A DNA stretch of 64,000 bases from NCBI RefSeq assembly GCF_004010195.1, contig NC_057752.1:7631651-7695650 (forward strand). The letters are read 5' to 3'. Shown one piece after another: positions 62,580 through 64,000 of this stretch. The notes below the pieces were generated by a model, which saw nothing but the letters and a program-made list of their open reading frames with translations, did no database searches and was not told the origin of the DNA. This DNA is from Chiloscyllium plagiosum (lineage: Eukaryota). A program made the position numbers and the translations under genes. Numbering within the stretch: position 1 is the first letter of the stretch; each line of letters begins with the position of its first letter.

Positions 62580-64000
62580 GTTATGTCCTGACACGGTGGT
62601 GAACCCTTCTGCTAAGTAAACCAAACAACCAGAAAAGCACACCTCACCTCGTAATCTGTTAAAGTATGAGTGACAGAGAACTACCCAAGTTCCACTATTT
62701 AAAGAAAAGAAAATATCAATTTATTCTTTAAAAGTGAACATTAAACAACAACCATTTACAACTCTAAGCTTCCTTTCTTCTAACTGCTTGTTATCTGCTT
62801 CCAACTGTATGTAATATACTGTTCCAATAAATGCCCCAATTAAAATTACATTAACCTAATTTTTAAAACCCTATTGTGACTTTCATCTCTGGTGTCTGTC
62901 TTCCTCTAACTGTAGATCTCCCTGGCTTGTCTTCGGTCTTTTGTTGCAAAGATATTTCATATGAAAAGGTACCTTTGATAGAGAGTGTTTTGATAGCAGT
63001 TACACTGACGATGGCAGTTGGTCTCTCTTTCTCTGGCTAACTGTCAAAATGCCAGCTTCTTTATACCCAAAACATTGGATCATCTCATTGGTTCGATGTT
63101 GTCAAAACATTGAATTCAAATTCGATTAGGTTTTAGTATCTTGGGGAATAATTTAAACTGATTGGTTCAATTCAAACTATTGTGAAAACATAGCACCAAA
63201 AGTCAGGTATTTATTTCATAGCCAAATGTTACATATTTTTAATTTTCCAGTAAACCCTGAGACTGCTCGTCAGTCACATTACAGGCGCCTACAAGCTTTA
63301 AGTGCAAAACAGCTTTCACTCTCTCTTCAAGGTACAGTACACTCCTTCAACTTCATAACACCTTCCCCCTTAAGAAAAAAATGAACCATCATAATGAAAA
63401 GATGGCTTCGTTTATTTTCCAATTCTTAACCCCATTACTGTGAAATACATAGGACGTTGATCTAAGTTCATATTAATTTTTGCACACACACATATAAAAC
63501 ATTGGTATCTGTTCAGTCTTACCTATAATTCATCCTTTAAATCTGCAATAACGCTGCTATCACATTCTTATGACCCGCAGCATGTACGATTTGTAAATTG
63601 AAAGTCTGTAACATAAGACTCCAATGAAATAGTCTCATATTCTTGTCTTTAAATCATTCCAAGAATGTAAGAAGATTGTGATCTGTGTACACAACCGTCT
63701 CTAACATATTGTTCATCACATAAACATTAAAAATGTTGTAAGGCCAGTACCAAACTCAATAATTCACTTTTGATGGTAGAATATTTTCTCTGGTGTGTGT
63801 TGAGTTTCTTTGAAAAGTAACCAACTGGCCATTCAATTCCATCATCCTCTTCCTGTAGCAGTACAGCTCCAACTCCTATGCCGTTAGCATCAATTACAAC
63901 CTTGAAGGCTTTCAAACCGTTTGGTGTAGCTAAAACTGGTGCAGTGGTTAATACGGCTTTTAAATTGTCAAATGCTTTCTGGCATTGTTCTGTCCACTGA
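62580..64000 (-). mobile_element. LTR retrotransposon 3' end (RNase H, PPT, 3' LTR ~62580-63360), Gmr1-like
   Basis: FKVVIDANGIGVGAVLLQ...PVGYFSKKL...YSTIKSELLSLVLALQHF...VYTDHNLL; PPT AAGGGGGAAGG next to TGTTATGA at 63360. Confidence 0.8.

Overview
Repeat-dense vertebrate DNA, very probably from a shark or other cartilaginous fish (HE1/V-SINE, Deu-domain SINEs, abundant CR1 and Penelope-type repeats). It has three assembly gaps and no host protein-coding exon that I can support. Most of the window is nested, decayed transposable elements: CR1 LINEs, an RTE LINE, Penelope-like elements with minimal hammerhead-ribozyme motifs, Harbinger remnants, a Gmr1-like LTR element and three copies of one Gypsy family with a ~236-bp LTR. 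Main observation: four of the five LTRs of this Gypsy family carry insertions at the same position, just 3' of the LTR TATA-like motif TATAAA(C/T)AGGAG, which is duplicated around the inserts wherever both junctions are visible. The inserts are Tx1-clade-like LINE ORF2 fragments and a ~1.7-2.1 kb apparently non-coding, A-tailed, internally repetitive element. This suggests an LTR-promoter-targeting LINE with a non-autonomous partner. Second observation: a TSD-flanked, ORF1-only (ZCCHC3/Tx1-ORF1-like) retrocopy with a chimeric U1+U2 snRNA-derived head sits inside a Gypsy gag. All family assignments come from recognising motifs by eye; no database searches were run.
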